A stretch of 64,000 bases of DNA from IMG/VR virus record IMGVR_UViG_3300007633_000001; one strand, given 5' to 3'. Made by a program: the position numbers and the translations under genes. The DNA comes from an uncultured virus (IMG/VR IMGVR_UViG_3300007633_000001). Lineage: Duplodnaviria > Heunggongvirae > Uroviricota > Caudoviricetes. Position 1 is the first letter of the stretch. Each line of letters opens with the position of its first letter. This document shows, piece after piece, positions 10,573 to 22,414 of this stretch. The notes below the pieces were generated by a model. That model was not told the DNA's origin and made no database searches. It saw only the letters and a list, made by a program, of their open reading frames with translations.

Positions 10573-10667
10573 TACAAAGATTAAAACTAAAGCTTTAATT
10601 TTCTTTTACTTGTTAAATAAAGTGTCTAACTGTAAAACCATTTATATTTTAGAAGAGGAAATAATTA

Positions 10668-10829
10668 ATGACTATCGTTTATGTATGGCCTGATGGAGAC
10701 TGGGTTTCTGCTGAGGATTATTCTGAGTTAGAATATGCTCATAAGTCTGATGATTACTTTCAACTAGTATTAGATGTTGATTCTGAAGCTGGCATTGATA
10801 AAGCTGTTGTAGATCTATTAAATCTATAG
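10668..10829 (+). CDS. Small acidic phage protein (53 aa, not in the ORF track)
   Basis: MTIVYVWPDGDWVSAEDYSELEYAHKSDDYF...; GAGG RBS; WPDG...SDDY pattern recalled from small phage proteins. Confidence 0.7.
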   Translation: MTIVYVWPDGDWVSAEDYSELEYAHKSDDYFQLVLDVDSEAGIDKAVVDLLNL

Positions 10830-11363
10830 TACTAATTAGTAATGCTTAATATGTTAATTAAATAACTGATTAACTATAAAGTTAAGTATTACTAGTATTA
10901 GAGTAATGAGATTGTATAGATATACTTTTGATAATACATATTAATGATTAATTACTTATGGATTTATTTGCTCCAGTTATCTTTACATAGTGATCCTGAT
11001 TTAACGTTTCTCTATAACAAATTAGAGTTTATTGTTAGCTATGATATAAGATATTCTCTAATGCGAGAGTGTGAAAGTGGTGAAAGGGGGTCTTCTCGAT
11101 GTGGTGCTGAATAATGAATTTTACATATAATTGAGAAGAGTTCCTACTGTTACCAAATTGAAATATATTTTTTACAGATTCCTTACTGCACTATAATTCA
11201 ATCCAGTTAAACATAGGAGTCAGTCCCTTGATTGATGATTTCAGCATGGTATAAAGAGCTATTCATTCTTTATTAAAGAAGTATATATTTGATAAAGATT
11301 ATAATAATAGCTCTTTATCTTTTTTCTGCAGATTAACTATTAGATTTACTATCAATATGATAT

Positions 11364-12119
11364 ATGAAAGATATACTTATTGAAGAAGAGAGTGTCTACA
11401 TTATTGGGGACGTTCATGGGGATTATCAGAAATTAGAAAGATCCTTATCTATTATTAATGTATTCAGAGACGAACATGGGATTTGGTATAATCCTCATGA
11501 TTATAAAATAATATTTCTTGGAGATTTAAATGATTCTAGAATTCCTTTAAGAAAAGGCTATAGTGTCTCTTCTGTAACTTGTTTATTATGGGCTAAAGAA
11601 CTGGTTGATCAACATGAAGCAATTGTATTAAATAGTAATCATCATAATAATCTTTATAGAGCTTATATAGGAAAAAAGTCTAGACTAAATAATGACTTGT
11701 ATAGAACTCTTCTAGAAATATCAGAGTACATAGAAAAAGGTTATGATTATCTTATAGAAGATATAATAAATTGGTTAAAAGGATTACCGTGTTATCATTC
11801 ATTTATCCATAATGCTCAAAGGTATACTTGTGTTCATGCTTTTTATACCCCTAATATGTCAAAGTTTAATCCTAAAAGAAAGGATTTTGACCGTGCGATA
11901 AATGGACTAATAGAAAAAGGTGAGTTAGCTAAATGGTGGATGAACTCAAGAAAATATGTAAGGCAGGGAGAAATAGTAATTGCAGGTCATTATCAAGTAG
12001 TAGGTGAGTATGAAAGAGCTATTATGCTTGACGGAGGCTGTGGCAATGTTAAAGGTAATACCTTAGTCAGTCTTTCTATACATAATCAAAACTTAGATTA
12101 CTTCTATACTTCTGAATGA
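11364..12119 (+). CDS. Calcineurin-like metallophosphoesterase
   Basis: IGDVHG, LGDLND, SNHH, VHA, AGH, LDGGC motifs. Confidence 0.88.
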   Translation: MKDILIEEESVYIIGDVHGDYQKLERSLSIINVFRDEHGIWYNPHDYKIIFLGDLNDSRIPLRKGYSVSSVTCLLWAKELVDQHEAIVLNSNHHNNLYRAYIGKKSRLNNDLYRTLLEISEYIEKGYDYLIEDIINWLKGLPCYHSFIHNAQRYTCVHAFYTPNMSKFNPKRKDFDRAINGLIEKGELAKWWMNSRKYVRQGEIVIAGHYQVVGEYERAIMLDGGCGNVKGNTLVSLSIHNQNLDYFYTSE

Positions 12120-12308
12120 TATTTAATAATTAATATTGTTCCTTTAGTCAGGAATTTGATAGTAAATAATATATATGTATAGAAGAGATGCTATTAAGAG
12201 TGTACGTTGAACAACAATAATCAGGAGGATTGTATTATTTTGATTCTCCTGTTATTCTATTTTTCTTTCAACCTTTTCAGTTATACGGATTAATATAATT
12301 TAATTTCA

Positions 12309-12521
12309 TTGATGAAATATTTACTATGTACTTCTCGGTCAATGTTTTACTATGGATGGATTAAAGGTTTAACTATTTCTTTGAAATGTAAAGAATATGA
12401 TGCCAATATAAACCATTTTCTGCTACATAAAGATCTTAGACTTTTATGTAGATTGTATAATAGATGTGACTTTATTAGAGAATTTTGGAAAGGTTATACC
12501 CAAGCTGTGAGTGGGGATTAA
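12309..12521 (+). CDS. Hypothetical protein
   Basis: 70-aa ORF in a run of small + strand ORFs. Confidence 0.45.
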   Translation: MMKYLLCTSRSMFYYGWIKGLTISLKCKEYDANINHFLLHKDLRLLCRLYNRCDFIREFWKGYTQAVSGD

Positions 12522-12587
12522 TTATATATATATATTTATTTATTTATGAGTTAATGATTAAAGAGATTTTAGTTTGATAATAAATGT

Positions 12588-12791
12588 ATGAATTATTCAG
12601 ACGGATTAATAAGAAAGAAGAATGAAGTAGAATTTAAATGTGCTTCTTTAATTACAAATTCTTTTAAGATAAAGAATTTAGATATGTATGAGATTTATAA
12701 TTTTGACGGTAGTTACTATGCGACTCTTAACCATATAATATGTACACCTTTATTTGAAGACTATCATGATTTAGTCAATTATTTGCTATAG
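12588..12791 (+). CDS. Hypothetical protein
   Basis: 67-aa ORF. Confidence 0.5.
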   Translation: MNYSDGLIRKKNEVEFKCASLITNSFKIKNLDMYEIYNFDGSYYATLNHIICTPLFEDYHDLVNYLL

Positions 12792-12841
12792 ACTAATCCA
12801 ATTTGTTTCATTATTTCTAACGTATAACAAGTATTGAATTT

Positions 12842-13075
12842 ATGTATACATGTAATAATATAATGCCTTTTAGTAGATATCGAGAGAGATTCCATAGTTT
12901 AGATTTAACAAAAGCTGTATTAATAAATACCGTACATGGTGATATAAATATTTACCAATGTAACTCTTCCGCTTTATACTATGGAGTTTATAATGGGGTT
13001 ACTGTAACTCAAGGTTATACTTCTGTTAGAGAAGCTGGAAGAGCGTTAAGGATGTTTACTGAGGGAGAATTTTAA
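12842..13075 (+). CDS. Hypothetical protein
   Basis: 77-aa ORF. Confidence 0.55.
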   Translation: MYTCNNIMPFSRYRERFHSLDLTKAVLINTVHGDINIYQCNSSALYYGVYNGVTVTQGYTSVREAGRALRMFTEGEF

Positions 13076-13125
13076 ATGTGAATGTGAATTGTATAGCTTT
13101 AATATAATTTAATTGAATTAAGAAA

Positions 13126-13563
13126 ATGGGAGATTACGCAGACAGTGAAAATAGTTATGAAGATATCCTTGATTTAAGATTTAAAAAGGTATTAGATAAC
13201 AAGTTATCAACTACTTACCTTCCATACTTTCAACTACCTTCTAACATTGAAGAAGCTTTTATTGTATTAAGCAGTACAGGGCTTTGTCATAGTTGTTTAA
13301 GTCAGGATTGTATATCTTCTAAAACAGAAGTATATGACTTATACAATTCTTTATTGTCTTCTATTATAATGTCTACTCTTATTGAAGTAGAAGTATGTCC
13401 TACTTGCACTGAGAGGGGGATAATATATAACAAAGAACTTAACTATAAAAGTTTAGAAGATGATACAAACACAGGATGTTTAAGTTATTATTCCTGTAGA
13501 TGTATTAGCTGTAATACGGAATACGTACTTAAACCTCAATGTTACATTAGTAATAAAGAGTAG
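13126..13563 (+). CDS. Zn-ribbon protein (paralog of 13615..14073)
   Basis: CPTC...CISC; LPSNIEEAFIVLSSTGLCHS is similar to the next gene. Confidence 0.7.
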   Translation: MGDYADSENSYEDILDLRFKKVLDNKLSTTYLPYFQLPSNIEEAFIVLSSTGLCHSCLSQDCISSKTEVYDLYNSLLSSIIMSTLIEVEVCPTCTERGIIYNKELNYKSLEDDTNTGCLSYYSCRCISCNTEYVLKPQCYISNKE

Positions 13564-13614
13564 AACTTGGGATTTATCAACAACTAACAGATTATTAACT
13601 ATTAAAGGATATTA

Positions 13615-14073
13615 TTGATGAAGTTCTTATTATACAGAATGAAAGATACCTTTTCTGATGTACTAAACGGATCTAAGTTAGAGGATGAGAAAACTAAAGA
13701 TATTGACAGGATTTTTAGGGAAGGTGTTGCTTTTTTATCACCTTCTTATTATTCTTCGTTACCAGTTAATTTAGAAGAAGGTATAGAGATTTTACTTGAA
13801 TATGGCCTATGTTATTCTGAAAGCTTTAATGAAAAGATTACAATAGGCAGAAATACTCAAATAGAAGATAGAGAGTTTTCACTTTATATAGGGAGTATTA
13901 TGCTTGGATTAATATGTGTAGATATATGTCCATATTGTAAAAGTATTGATACGTTATTAGAAGGTCCTTCAGGTGGCTTAGCTGTAAGTATTAAATGTTC
14001 TGAATGTGAAACTAAATATTATGTAGGTCTTTATTGTTGTGTTACTGAAAAGACTTTTGAAGAAAGTGAATAA
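13615..14073 (+). CDS. Zn-ribbon protein
   Basis: CPYC...GPSGG...CSEC; LPVNLEEGIEILLEYGLCYS. Confidence 0.7.
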   Translation: MMKFLLYRMKDTFSDVLNGSKLEDEKTKDIDRIFREGVAFLSPSYYSSLPVNLEEGIEILLEYGLCYSESFNEKITIGRNTQIEDREFSLYIGSIMLGLICVDICPYCKSIDTLLEGPSGGLAVSIKCSECETKYYVGLYCCVTEKTFEESE

Positions 14074-14245
14074 AGTAATAATAGTGTGTGTCTTTTAATT
14101 AAACTTATCTGCAATATTAGATAATGATATTTTATAAGTATCTTCAATAGTTATAGGTTACAAATTGTATAATATATTTTACCTATATCTAACATAATTA
14201 GAGTAATTATTGATTGTAACAAGTATAGACGTAACGACGTAATTA

Positions 14246-14392
14246 ATGTTTATAACTTTAGGTATCGTTTGTATATTTGCTATTGTGTGCGTTTGTACTT
14301 TTTCTATTTATAAAGCATCAGAATGGTTGAAAGAGTATAGAGTAAAGAAATATAGAGACACCCACACAGATACACAAGATAATGAAAAGTAG
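14246..14392 (+). CDS. Small single-TM protein (48 aa, not in the ORF track)
   Basis: MFITLGIVCIFAIVCVCTFSIYKASEWLKEYRVKKY...; TTATTGAT motif about 32 nt upstream. Confidence 0.55.
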   Translation: MFITLGIVCIFAIVCVCTFSIYKASEWLKEYRVKKYRDTHTDTQDNEK

Positions 14393-14484
14393 TTAATTAT
14401 TAAAAGACTTAGACTTTAGTATTATGAATGTCATTAATTATATAGAAGAGAGATACGGGAGAATAGTTAGTTTGTCGGTACCTA

Positions 14485-14751
14485 ATGACTTTCTATAATA
14501 TAAATTTGAGAGGTCGTCATTTTAGACTTCAACCCAACTTTGAATATATAAAATTACAACTTCAAAATTGTTTATCTAACAATTATGATAAGTTATGGAA
14601 GATTTTAATATGGACTGACGAGGAGGTAATTGTTGCTAATACTTTTAAAAAAGGATCTAACACAAGAGTAGAAGACAATATAAAAGCTATGCCACGTAAT
14701 CCTATAGATATAGATTCTATTGATTTTATTGAGACCTATAAGTGTAATTAG
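14485..14751 (+). CDS. Hypothetical protein
   Basis: 88-aa ORF. Confidence 0.55.
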   Translation: MTFYNINLRGRHFRLQPNFEYIKLQLQNCLSNNYDKLWKILIWTDEEVIVANTFKKGSNTRVEDNIKAMPRNPIDIDSIDFIETYKCN

Positions 14752-14919
14752 ATTTCCACTGATCCTATTGTTTATTTTCTTTTATTATTAATGTCTGCTT
14801 TTTTAGTTGTTTTATATATATTATCATTAGGCTATTTAGGTATTGTTTTGATGAGACTTATAGCTAGACATTCTTCAATAGAAAAACCTAATTCCTTTAA
14901 ATATAAATAGCAATAGAGT

Positions 14920-16950
<2,031 letters not shown>

Positions 16951-16995
16951 TTATTATTGATTTTAATAATTGTATTATATTAGTAATTAAATAAA

Positions 16996-17733
16996 TTGAA
17001 AATGAAATCAACTACTAAACCTTTAAAAGATGTACCTGTAGATATAATTCATAGGACTGTATCTTTATTAGGATCTAAAAGGCTATTAATGAGTTATTTA
17101 AAGTATCCTGTAGAAAATCAAGTACAAATAAAACTAGGGTCTTTTAATAGATTTTTAAGACCTATAGAATTCTCTTTTGTATTAAAGGCACAATTTAAAG
17201 AAGAGGGTATAAATGAATTGGATGAAAGACATGTAAGTTATTTAATAGAACTTATTAGCAAGAATTCTATTTTAGTTAAAGATATAAAAACTTTTGTATC
17301 TCGTGTAGGTTATGATTGGACTAAATTGCCTTCATTAAAAGAAATTATAAGATTTCAGCCTTTTAGTGAAGTGGGTCGGATGAGTTATAAATATCCTTTA
17401 GATGTACTTTTATTTAGACCTTATAATCAGCCTTTAATAACTCGTATTAGAAAAGCATTATTTAAGTCTAATATCGAATTATTTATAAGTAAGAAGATAG
17501 ATAAATGTATTAGCCATTTTTTAGATACTAGTTCGTTACAAAATATAGATGATATAAGAGAATTTATAAGGGATAAAATAACTGTTTCCAATTATTGTTA
17601 TATATTTGAACCAATTAAAGCAAAGACTTTAATAAATCATATGGAGCAGAATGATAGTTATCAAGACTTTACTGTTATCAACAATGAAGATTTTTTATTT
17701 GATTTAAGTAAGTCACCTTTATTACAAATCTAG
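16996..17733 (+). CDS. Hypothetical protein
   Basis: 245-aa ORF, divergent from ligA. Confidence 0.65.
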   Translation: MKMKSTTKPLKDVPVDIIHRTVSLLGSKRLLMSYLKYPVENQVQIKLGSFNRFLRPIEFSFVLKAQFKEEGINELDERHVSYLIELISKNSILVKDIKTFVSRVGYDWTKLPSLKEIIRFQPFSEVGRMSYKYPLDVLLFRPYNQPLITRIRKALFKSNIELFISKKIDKCISHFLDTSSLQNIDDIREFIRDKITVSNYCYIFEPIKAKTLINHMEQNDSYQDFTVINNEDFLFDLSKSPLLQI

Positions 17734-17838
17734 ATAGATTCTTTTTATAATCTACTATTTGTCTTAATGATTATACAATTTATTGATTAATTAAAATTTA
17801 ATATTAATATAGGTTATAATAATAGTTATACACATAAT

Positions 17839-17910
17839 GCGACTGTAGCTCAATGGTAGAGCGTCTCCCTTCCAAGGAGAATGTTGCGAGTTCGAATCTC
17901 GTCAGTCGCT
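17839..17910 (+). tRNA. tRNA-Gly(TCC), CCA not encoded
   Basis: GCGACTG/CAGTCGC acceptor stem, GCTC/GAGC D-stem, TCTCC/GGAGA anticodon stem with CT-TCC-AA loop, GCGAG-TTCGAAT-CTCGT T-arm, U discriminator. Confidence 0.96.
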
Positions 17911-17969
17911 CTTGTAATCAGTGTTTAAATTTCACTAAGGATTATAAAATAAGAAGGAATAGATAGGAG

Positions 17970-18710
17970 ATGTATATGAATATTTTTGATTGTGTTAGTG
18001 AAGAATCTTTAGAGAAGGGAATATTAGAACGTAATGGAATAGTGCATACGTTCTATATATATAAACTGAATTTAAATCCTTATTTCATACTGGATAATTC
18101 AATTAAATTAGTATGGATTTTGGTTACTCAATGTACTGTGGAGAATGAGAATCTACTTTTAATTGACGAGTTAAAACCTTATATTCTACAGCATAAATGT
18201 TTGTCAGACTTATTAATAACTATTGGATACGAGAATTCTATAGATGACTGCCATAAGGGAATTAAAGAATATATAGAAATGATTTCTTATAGTCCTAGAG
18301 AGATTTTTAATAGTCCTTACAAAGAATTAGATTATTTAATTGACCCCCATCTACCAGAAGATTTTCCTACTATTAATCATGTAGACCTATCAGAATTGGA
18401 TACACCTTTATCAGTAAGAGAACATTCTTATCTATCTATAGATAGCAGGAGATATATTAGTATAACTTCTTTGTGGTACGAAGATAATCCTTTTTATTTA
18501 TCTTTAAGAGGCGGAAGAGAGGGTAAGGATGAAACTCTAGGTTTATTAACTGATATTAATACTTCTACTCAAGCTTATGTCTGGTTGAACAGATTTCTAT
18601 ATGAAAAGTCTATTTCAACTAGGTCTACAGTAAATCCTGAAGTCGCTAATACTTCTCTTATAGAATTTTATGGTTATCCTATATCTTCATTACTAGAAGC
18701 TTCAATCTAA
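17970..18710 (+). CDS. Hypothetical phage protein
   Basis: 246-aa ORF with AGGAG RBS; WY...PF...RGGREG motif. Confidence 0.65.
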   Translation: MYMNIFDCVSEESLEKGILERNGIVHTFYIYKLNLNPYFILDNSIKLVWILVTQCTVENENLLLIDELKPYILQHKCLSDLLITIGYENSIDDCHKGIKEYIEMISYSPREIFNSPYKELDYLIDPHLPEDFPTINHVDLSELDTPLSVREHSYLSIDSRRYISITSLWYEDNPFYLSLRGGREGKDETLGLLTDINTSTQAYVWLNRFLYEKSISTRSTVNPEVANTSLIEFYGYPISSLLEASI

Positions 18711-18973
18711 ATTAGATAGGTTAAGTTTATCAATACACTTTATAAACTCTATGTTCTGGTAAATAGTTTATTTTAATAAATACTTTGAAGGTATTTCTTT
18801 TGCTTTACTATAAAAGGGCCTACAATATATCTTTTATATTATTTAATATATAGAACAATCTTACTATTATTAATAATAGTTTACCTACTACTACAACTCA
18901 ACATTTATCTATCAACTAAAATTATTGATTTATCGTTATAGATTAATTAGTAGTAAAGGTAGGTTAATAATAG

Positions 18974-19693
18974 ATGGGTTTGTTAACATTAGGAAATCCT
19001 AAAACTTTAAAGAGTAAAGATAAAGGATATTTTCCAGCAATCCTTCATTTACTTCCTTCCAATTTAGGAAGTAGACCGAACAAGAAGATCAATTTATGTC
19101 CTTATGCTTCAGAAGGATGTAAGAAAGCTTGTTTAAATACTGCAGGTAGGGGAGGTGTTTTTAAGAAAGGTCATAATACCAATGTTATTCAGGAAGCTAG
19201 GAGAAGAAGAACTCATCTATTTATTGATAATAGAAATGAGTTCTTCAAACTTTTAATAAAAGATATAAATAGCCATTTGAAACGTTGTCATAAATCTAAT
19301 TTAATTCCTTGCTTTCGATTAAATGGCACATCAGATCTTTTATGGGAGAAACAAGGATTTAACTATTTAAATAAAAGATATAAAAATATCATGGAATTAT
19401 TTCCTGATATTAAGTTTTATGATTATACTAAAAGACCCAATAGATATACTCTTCCTAACAATTACCATTTAACATTTAGTCTTAGCGAAAGTAATGATTA
19501 TTTAGCTAGACAGGCTTTAGATAATGGACAGAATGTAGCTGTAGTATTTAAAGATAAACCCCCTACTTTCATGGACTTTAAAGTTATAGACGGTGATAAA
19601 ACCGATTTAAGGTTTTTAGACCCTTCACCGTGTATAGTAGGTCTTAAGGCTAAAGGTAAAGCTAAGAAAGATATTACAGGATTTGTTAGATAG
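18974..19693 (+). CDS. GP88-family protein
   Basis: NPKTLKS, LCPYASEGCKKACLNTAGRG, RLNGTSD, FYDYTK, YHLTFSLSE, IDGDKTDLRFLD, GLKAKG. Confidence 0.88.
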   Translation: MGLLTLGNPKTLKSKDKGYFPAILHLLPSNLGSRPNKKINLCPYASEGCKKACLNTAGRGGVFKKGHNTNVIQEARRRRTHLFIDNRNEFFKLLIKDINSHLKRCHKSNLIPCFRLNGTSDLLWEKQGFNYLNKRYKNIMELFPDIKFYDYTKRPNRYTLPNNYHLTFSLSESNDYLARQALDNGQNVAVVFKDKPPTFMDFKVIDGDKTDLRFLDPSPCIVGLKAKGKAKKDITGFVR

Positions 19694-19805
19694 TTTTTAT
19701 TTTATAAATATTTATATATATATTTATCCAGATTCGTTTTAGCTGTATTTGTTATTAATAAGATTTAAAAAAGTAGAGACTTAATCAAGTAGTGGGAATA
19801 AATAT

Positions 19806-20093
19806 ATGACGAATTTAAATAATAAAGCTTTAGAGAGAGGTAAAGATCTCATATTAGAGAAAGCTTATGAAGATGCTTATAATAAAAAGAATAGAGAATT
19901 TACTTATGGCGGTAGAGTGAAAAAACTTCCTACACAAATGAGAGAACAAGATATAAAGAATTTGTGTCTTGCTCTAATGGGGCGTAAAGACATCAGTAAA
20001 TATAGTAAAACATTACAAGAAGTTTATATAGATTTACTCAGTATGAACTTAAATCCCACCAATGAGTTGGAGACTGCTACCTCTACTAACTAG
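19806..20093 (+). CDS. Hypothetical protein
   Basis: 95-aa ORF. Confidence 0.6.
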   Translation: MTNLNNKALERGKDLILEKAYEDAYNKKNREFTYGGRVKKLPTQMREQDIKNLCLALMGRKDISKYSKTLQEVYIDLLSMNLNPTNELETATSTN

Positions 20094-20171
20094 TTATTAT
20101 TATCCCCGTATTATAGTAATTATTTAAGTTATACTTATATATATATATTGATTAGAATAAGTTCTTTTCCC

Positions 20172-20300
20172 ATGCAACAAATGTCAAAAAATAAGAAGTA
20201 CAATTCATCAAAAAGTTCAGGGAGTAAGGGTAATAAAAGAAAGTATAATCCTTCAAATAATGGGAGACCCAGTTCATCAAGCGGGGCTGGTACTAGATAA
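20172..20300 (+). CDS. Small basic peptide with C-terminal YNPSNNGRPSSSSGAGTR (42 aa, not in the ORF track)
   Basis: Direct translation; co-oriented with neighbours; motif shared with the next ORF. Confidence 0.6.
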   Translation: MQQMSKNKKYNSSKSSGSKGNKRKYNPSNNGRPSSSSGAGTR

Positions 20301-20334
20301 ATCATTAATGACGTAGTAATTAACAAAGATTTAT

Positions 20335-20481
20335 ATGTCTACTTCTAAAGACTCCAGAATTCAAGATAGTAAGAAGAATAAACAACCAAAACTAGCAAGT
20401 AATAAAACAAACATTCCACTTGATCCTCCCGATAGAGGTAAACCTGACAGAGGGTGGCCTAATGGTACACGTAAAACTTAG
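20335..20481 (+). CDS. Small basic peptide with PPDRGKPDRGWPNGTR motif (48 aa, not in the ORF track)
   Basis: Direct translation MSTSKDSRIQDSKKNKQPKLASNKTNIPLDPPDRGKPDRGWPNGTRKT*. Confidence 0.6.
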   Translation: MSTSKDSRIQDSKKNKQPKLASNKTNIPLDPPDRGKPDRGWPNGTRKT

Positions 20482-20652
20482 ATAATAATCAACTTTTAGT
20501 TAAGTCCAATAAAAAGTATTATGTAACATAGGAGATTAACATCAAATCATTTACTTGAAGGAATATAATTTACTAAGAGAGAGATGTATATAAACATATA
20601 TCTCTTTCTTTTTTTTATTGTTCGATTCTTTGCTATTTATATTAGGAGATTT

Positions 20653-21297
20653 ATGTCTCATAGATATGGTAAATCAAAACCTTATTATTATGCGGATAGA
20701 TTGTTGAGACTAGATTGTTACGAATACTTATATTCTTTATTCAATAAAGCCTCTAGTCCAGTTAAAGAGATGACAGAAGTTTACGGGATATATAATCATC
20801 TCAAAGACAAATTTGATACGAAAGATACGAATGTTTGTGTTTATGAATTAGGAGCAGGAGTCACCCCAAGGCTAAGTGGATTGTTAGTCCATTTAACAAA
20901 GTGGACTTGTTATAGTGTGGATCCTAGATCCTATAATTCAGGTACAATTAGTAATTTTAATAGACTCATTTGTTATAAGGAAAAGGCAGAAGACTTAACA
21001 ATAGAATTAGTGAATGACTCAATATCCTCAGATCTTGTTGATGGTCTAATTGAATCAAAAGTTTTGCCTATTAGTCCTAATAATGAATTGATAATCGTTT
21101 TTCCACATGCCCATTTAGATACTAATTTATTTATCGGTAAAGTTAAGTCTTTACTAGAACATACTTCTATATATGTTATTGTTTTGCCCTGCTGCTTTCC
21201 TAGTATACAATTACTAAGTAATAAAGATTCATTGGAGGATTATGAGGATGAATACATCCTAGGCGACAAAAACCGTATAGTGACTTATATTACATAA
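20653..21297 (+). CDS. Putative class I SAM-dependent methyltransferase
   Basis: VYELGAG motif I, YSVDPR, VLPCC; start moved to ATG 20653 because of the AGGAG RBS. Confidence 0.65.
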   Translation: MSHRYGKSKPYYYADRLLRLDCYEYLYSLFNKASSPVKEMTEVYGIYNHLKDKFDTKDTNVCVYELGAGVTPRLSGLLVHLTKWTCYSVDPRSYNSGTISNFNRLICYKEKAEDLTIELVNDSISSDLVDGLIESKVLPISPNNELIIVFPHAHLDTNLFIGKVKSLLEHTSIYVIVLPCCFPSIQLLSNKDSLEDYEDEYILGDKNRIVTYIT

Positions 21298-21451
21298 GCC
21301 TATACAAAATGAATATCGTTCTTATATTTACCTAGTTTTATCTTTTCAGTAAGATAAAATTTCATTTTATTAGATCGATTATACCCAGACTTTAAAAGCA
21401 TTTAATGTTAATGCTTTTAATTAAAGGACTAGTAGTAAAGGAATTAGAGAA

Positions 21452-22192
21452 ATGATTATTACAGATACCCAAATTTCAACCAACATAAGCAATGATTCTT
21501 TAGGAGTAGAACTTTATAGACAAAATCCTAAAGCATATGCTTTGGATCATGTAGTACCCGCCTTAAAGAAAGGTATGACATTCAGTGATTTAACACAAAA
21601 CTTTAAATCCAAAGATAGTGCTAATTTATCAAAGTTAATTATGGATTTAGGTTATTCAATTCAAGAATTGAAGAAGATACGATCTGGCACTGCTTTCAAT
21701 AAAAAGATCATTATTGAAAGGGCTTTTAGAGCTGGTTGGACTCTAGAGAAATTACTTGAAGAATACCAATTGACTATTAGAGATTTATCTTATGTAGGCG
21801 GTAATCCCAATGTAAGCAAATGGTTCAATCAAAGTATTGAAGCCTATAAAAAGAATAAGACCAATCGTGATAAAGGACAAGTAATGAAGATTATTGATAC
21901 TCAGGGTAAGATATTAGACCCATCTAAGATCGAAGAATTTAATTTTAGTAACAGTAATGACTCCAATACAGCTAAAGCTACTGTTGATTATATTCCCACC
22001 AATAAAGGTCTTGCTAATGGACGAAGTACTAAGCAAGTAGTGGTAAAAAAGACTATAGAAGAGCACTATGAAGTCGAGCTTTCTACAGAAGAGTTAGAAT
22101 CTGCTGATTGTATCGAGTCAGTATCTCAAGTTATCAACGGATTAAACCCCCAACGAAAACAAATAATTAGCTATTCCTTAGATATATCTTAG
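21452..22192 (+). CDS. Hypothetical protein, possibly DNA-binding
   Basis: 246-aa ORF with AAGGA RBS; helical N-terminal half. Confidence 0.6.
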   Translation: MIITDTQISTNISNDSLGVELYRQNPKAYALDHVVPALKKGMTFSDLTQNFKSKDSANLSKLIMDLGYSIQELKKIRSGTAFNKKIIIERAFRAGWTLEKLLEEYQLTIRDLSYVGGNPNVSKWFNQSIEAYKKNKTNRDKGQVMKIIDTQGKILDPSKIEEFNFSNSNDSNTAKATVDYIPTNKGLANGRSTKQVVVKKTIEEHYEVELSTEELESADCIESVSQVINGLNPQRKQIISYSLDIS

Positions 22193-22217
22193 GTAAAATA
22201 ACTTATTTGTTATATAT

Positions 22218-22276
22218 ACTTATTAAATGTATAAGTTTTAATAAAACTCATACTTATACTTATACATTTAATAAGT
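22218..22276. terminator. Perfect 19-bp inverted repeat
   Basis: ACTTATTAAATGTATAAGT / ACTTATACATTTAATAAGT just downstream of a stop codon. Confidence 0.65.
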
Positions 22277-22414
22277 TCTAAATGAACTTTTGAAATTAGA
22301 TAAAGCGTTTAAAATGTAAGCTTTTGAAATAAACATATTCCTTGACTTTATTCCTTTCCAGAGCTTCGAAATTTACATAATAGTACAATTTATTTATTAA
22401 TAACTTATTAAGAT

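Noticed and set aside
20135..20326. 63-aa minus-strand ORF in the track
   Set aside because: Antisense shadow of the + strand peptide 20172..20300; all neighbours are on +
20172..20481. Direct PatS/HetN/PatX (RGSGR) heterocyst-inhibitor mimic
   Set aside because: Neither peptide contains RGSGR; the resemblance is to the GTR-ending motif class, reported as such
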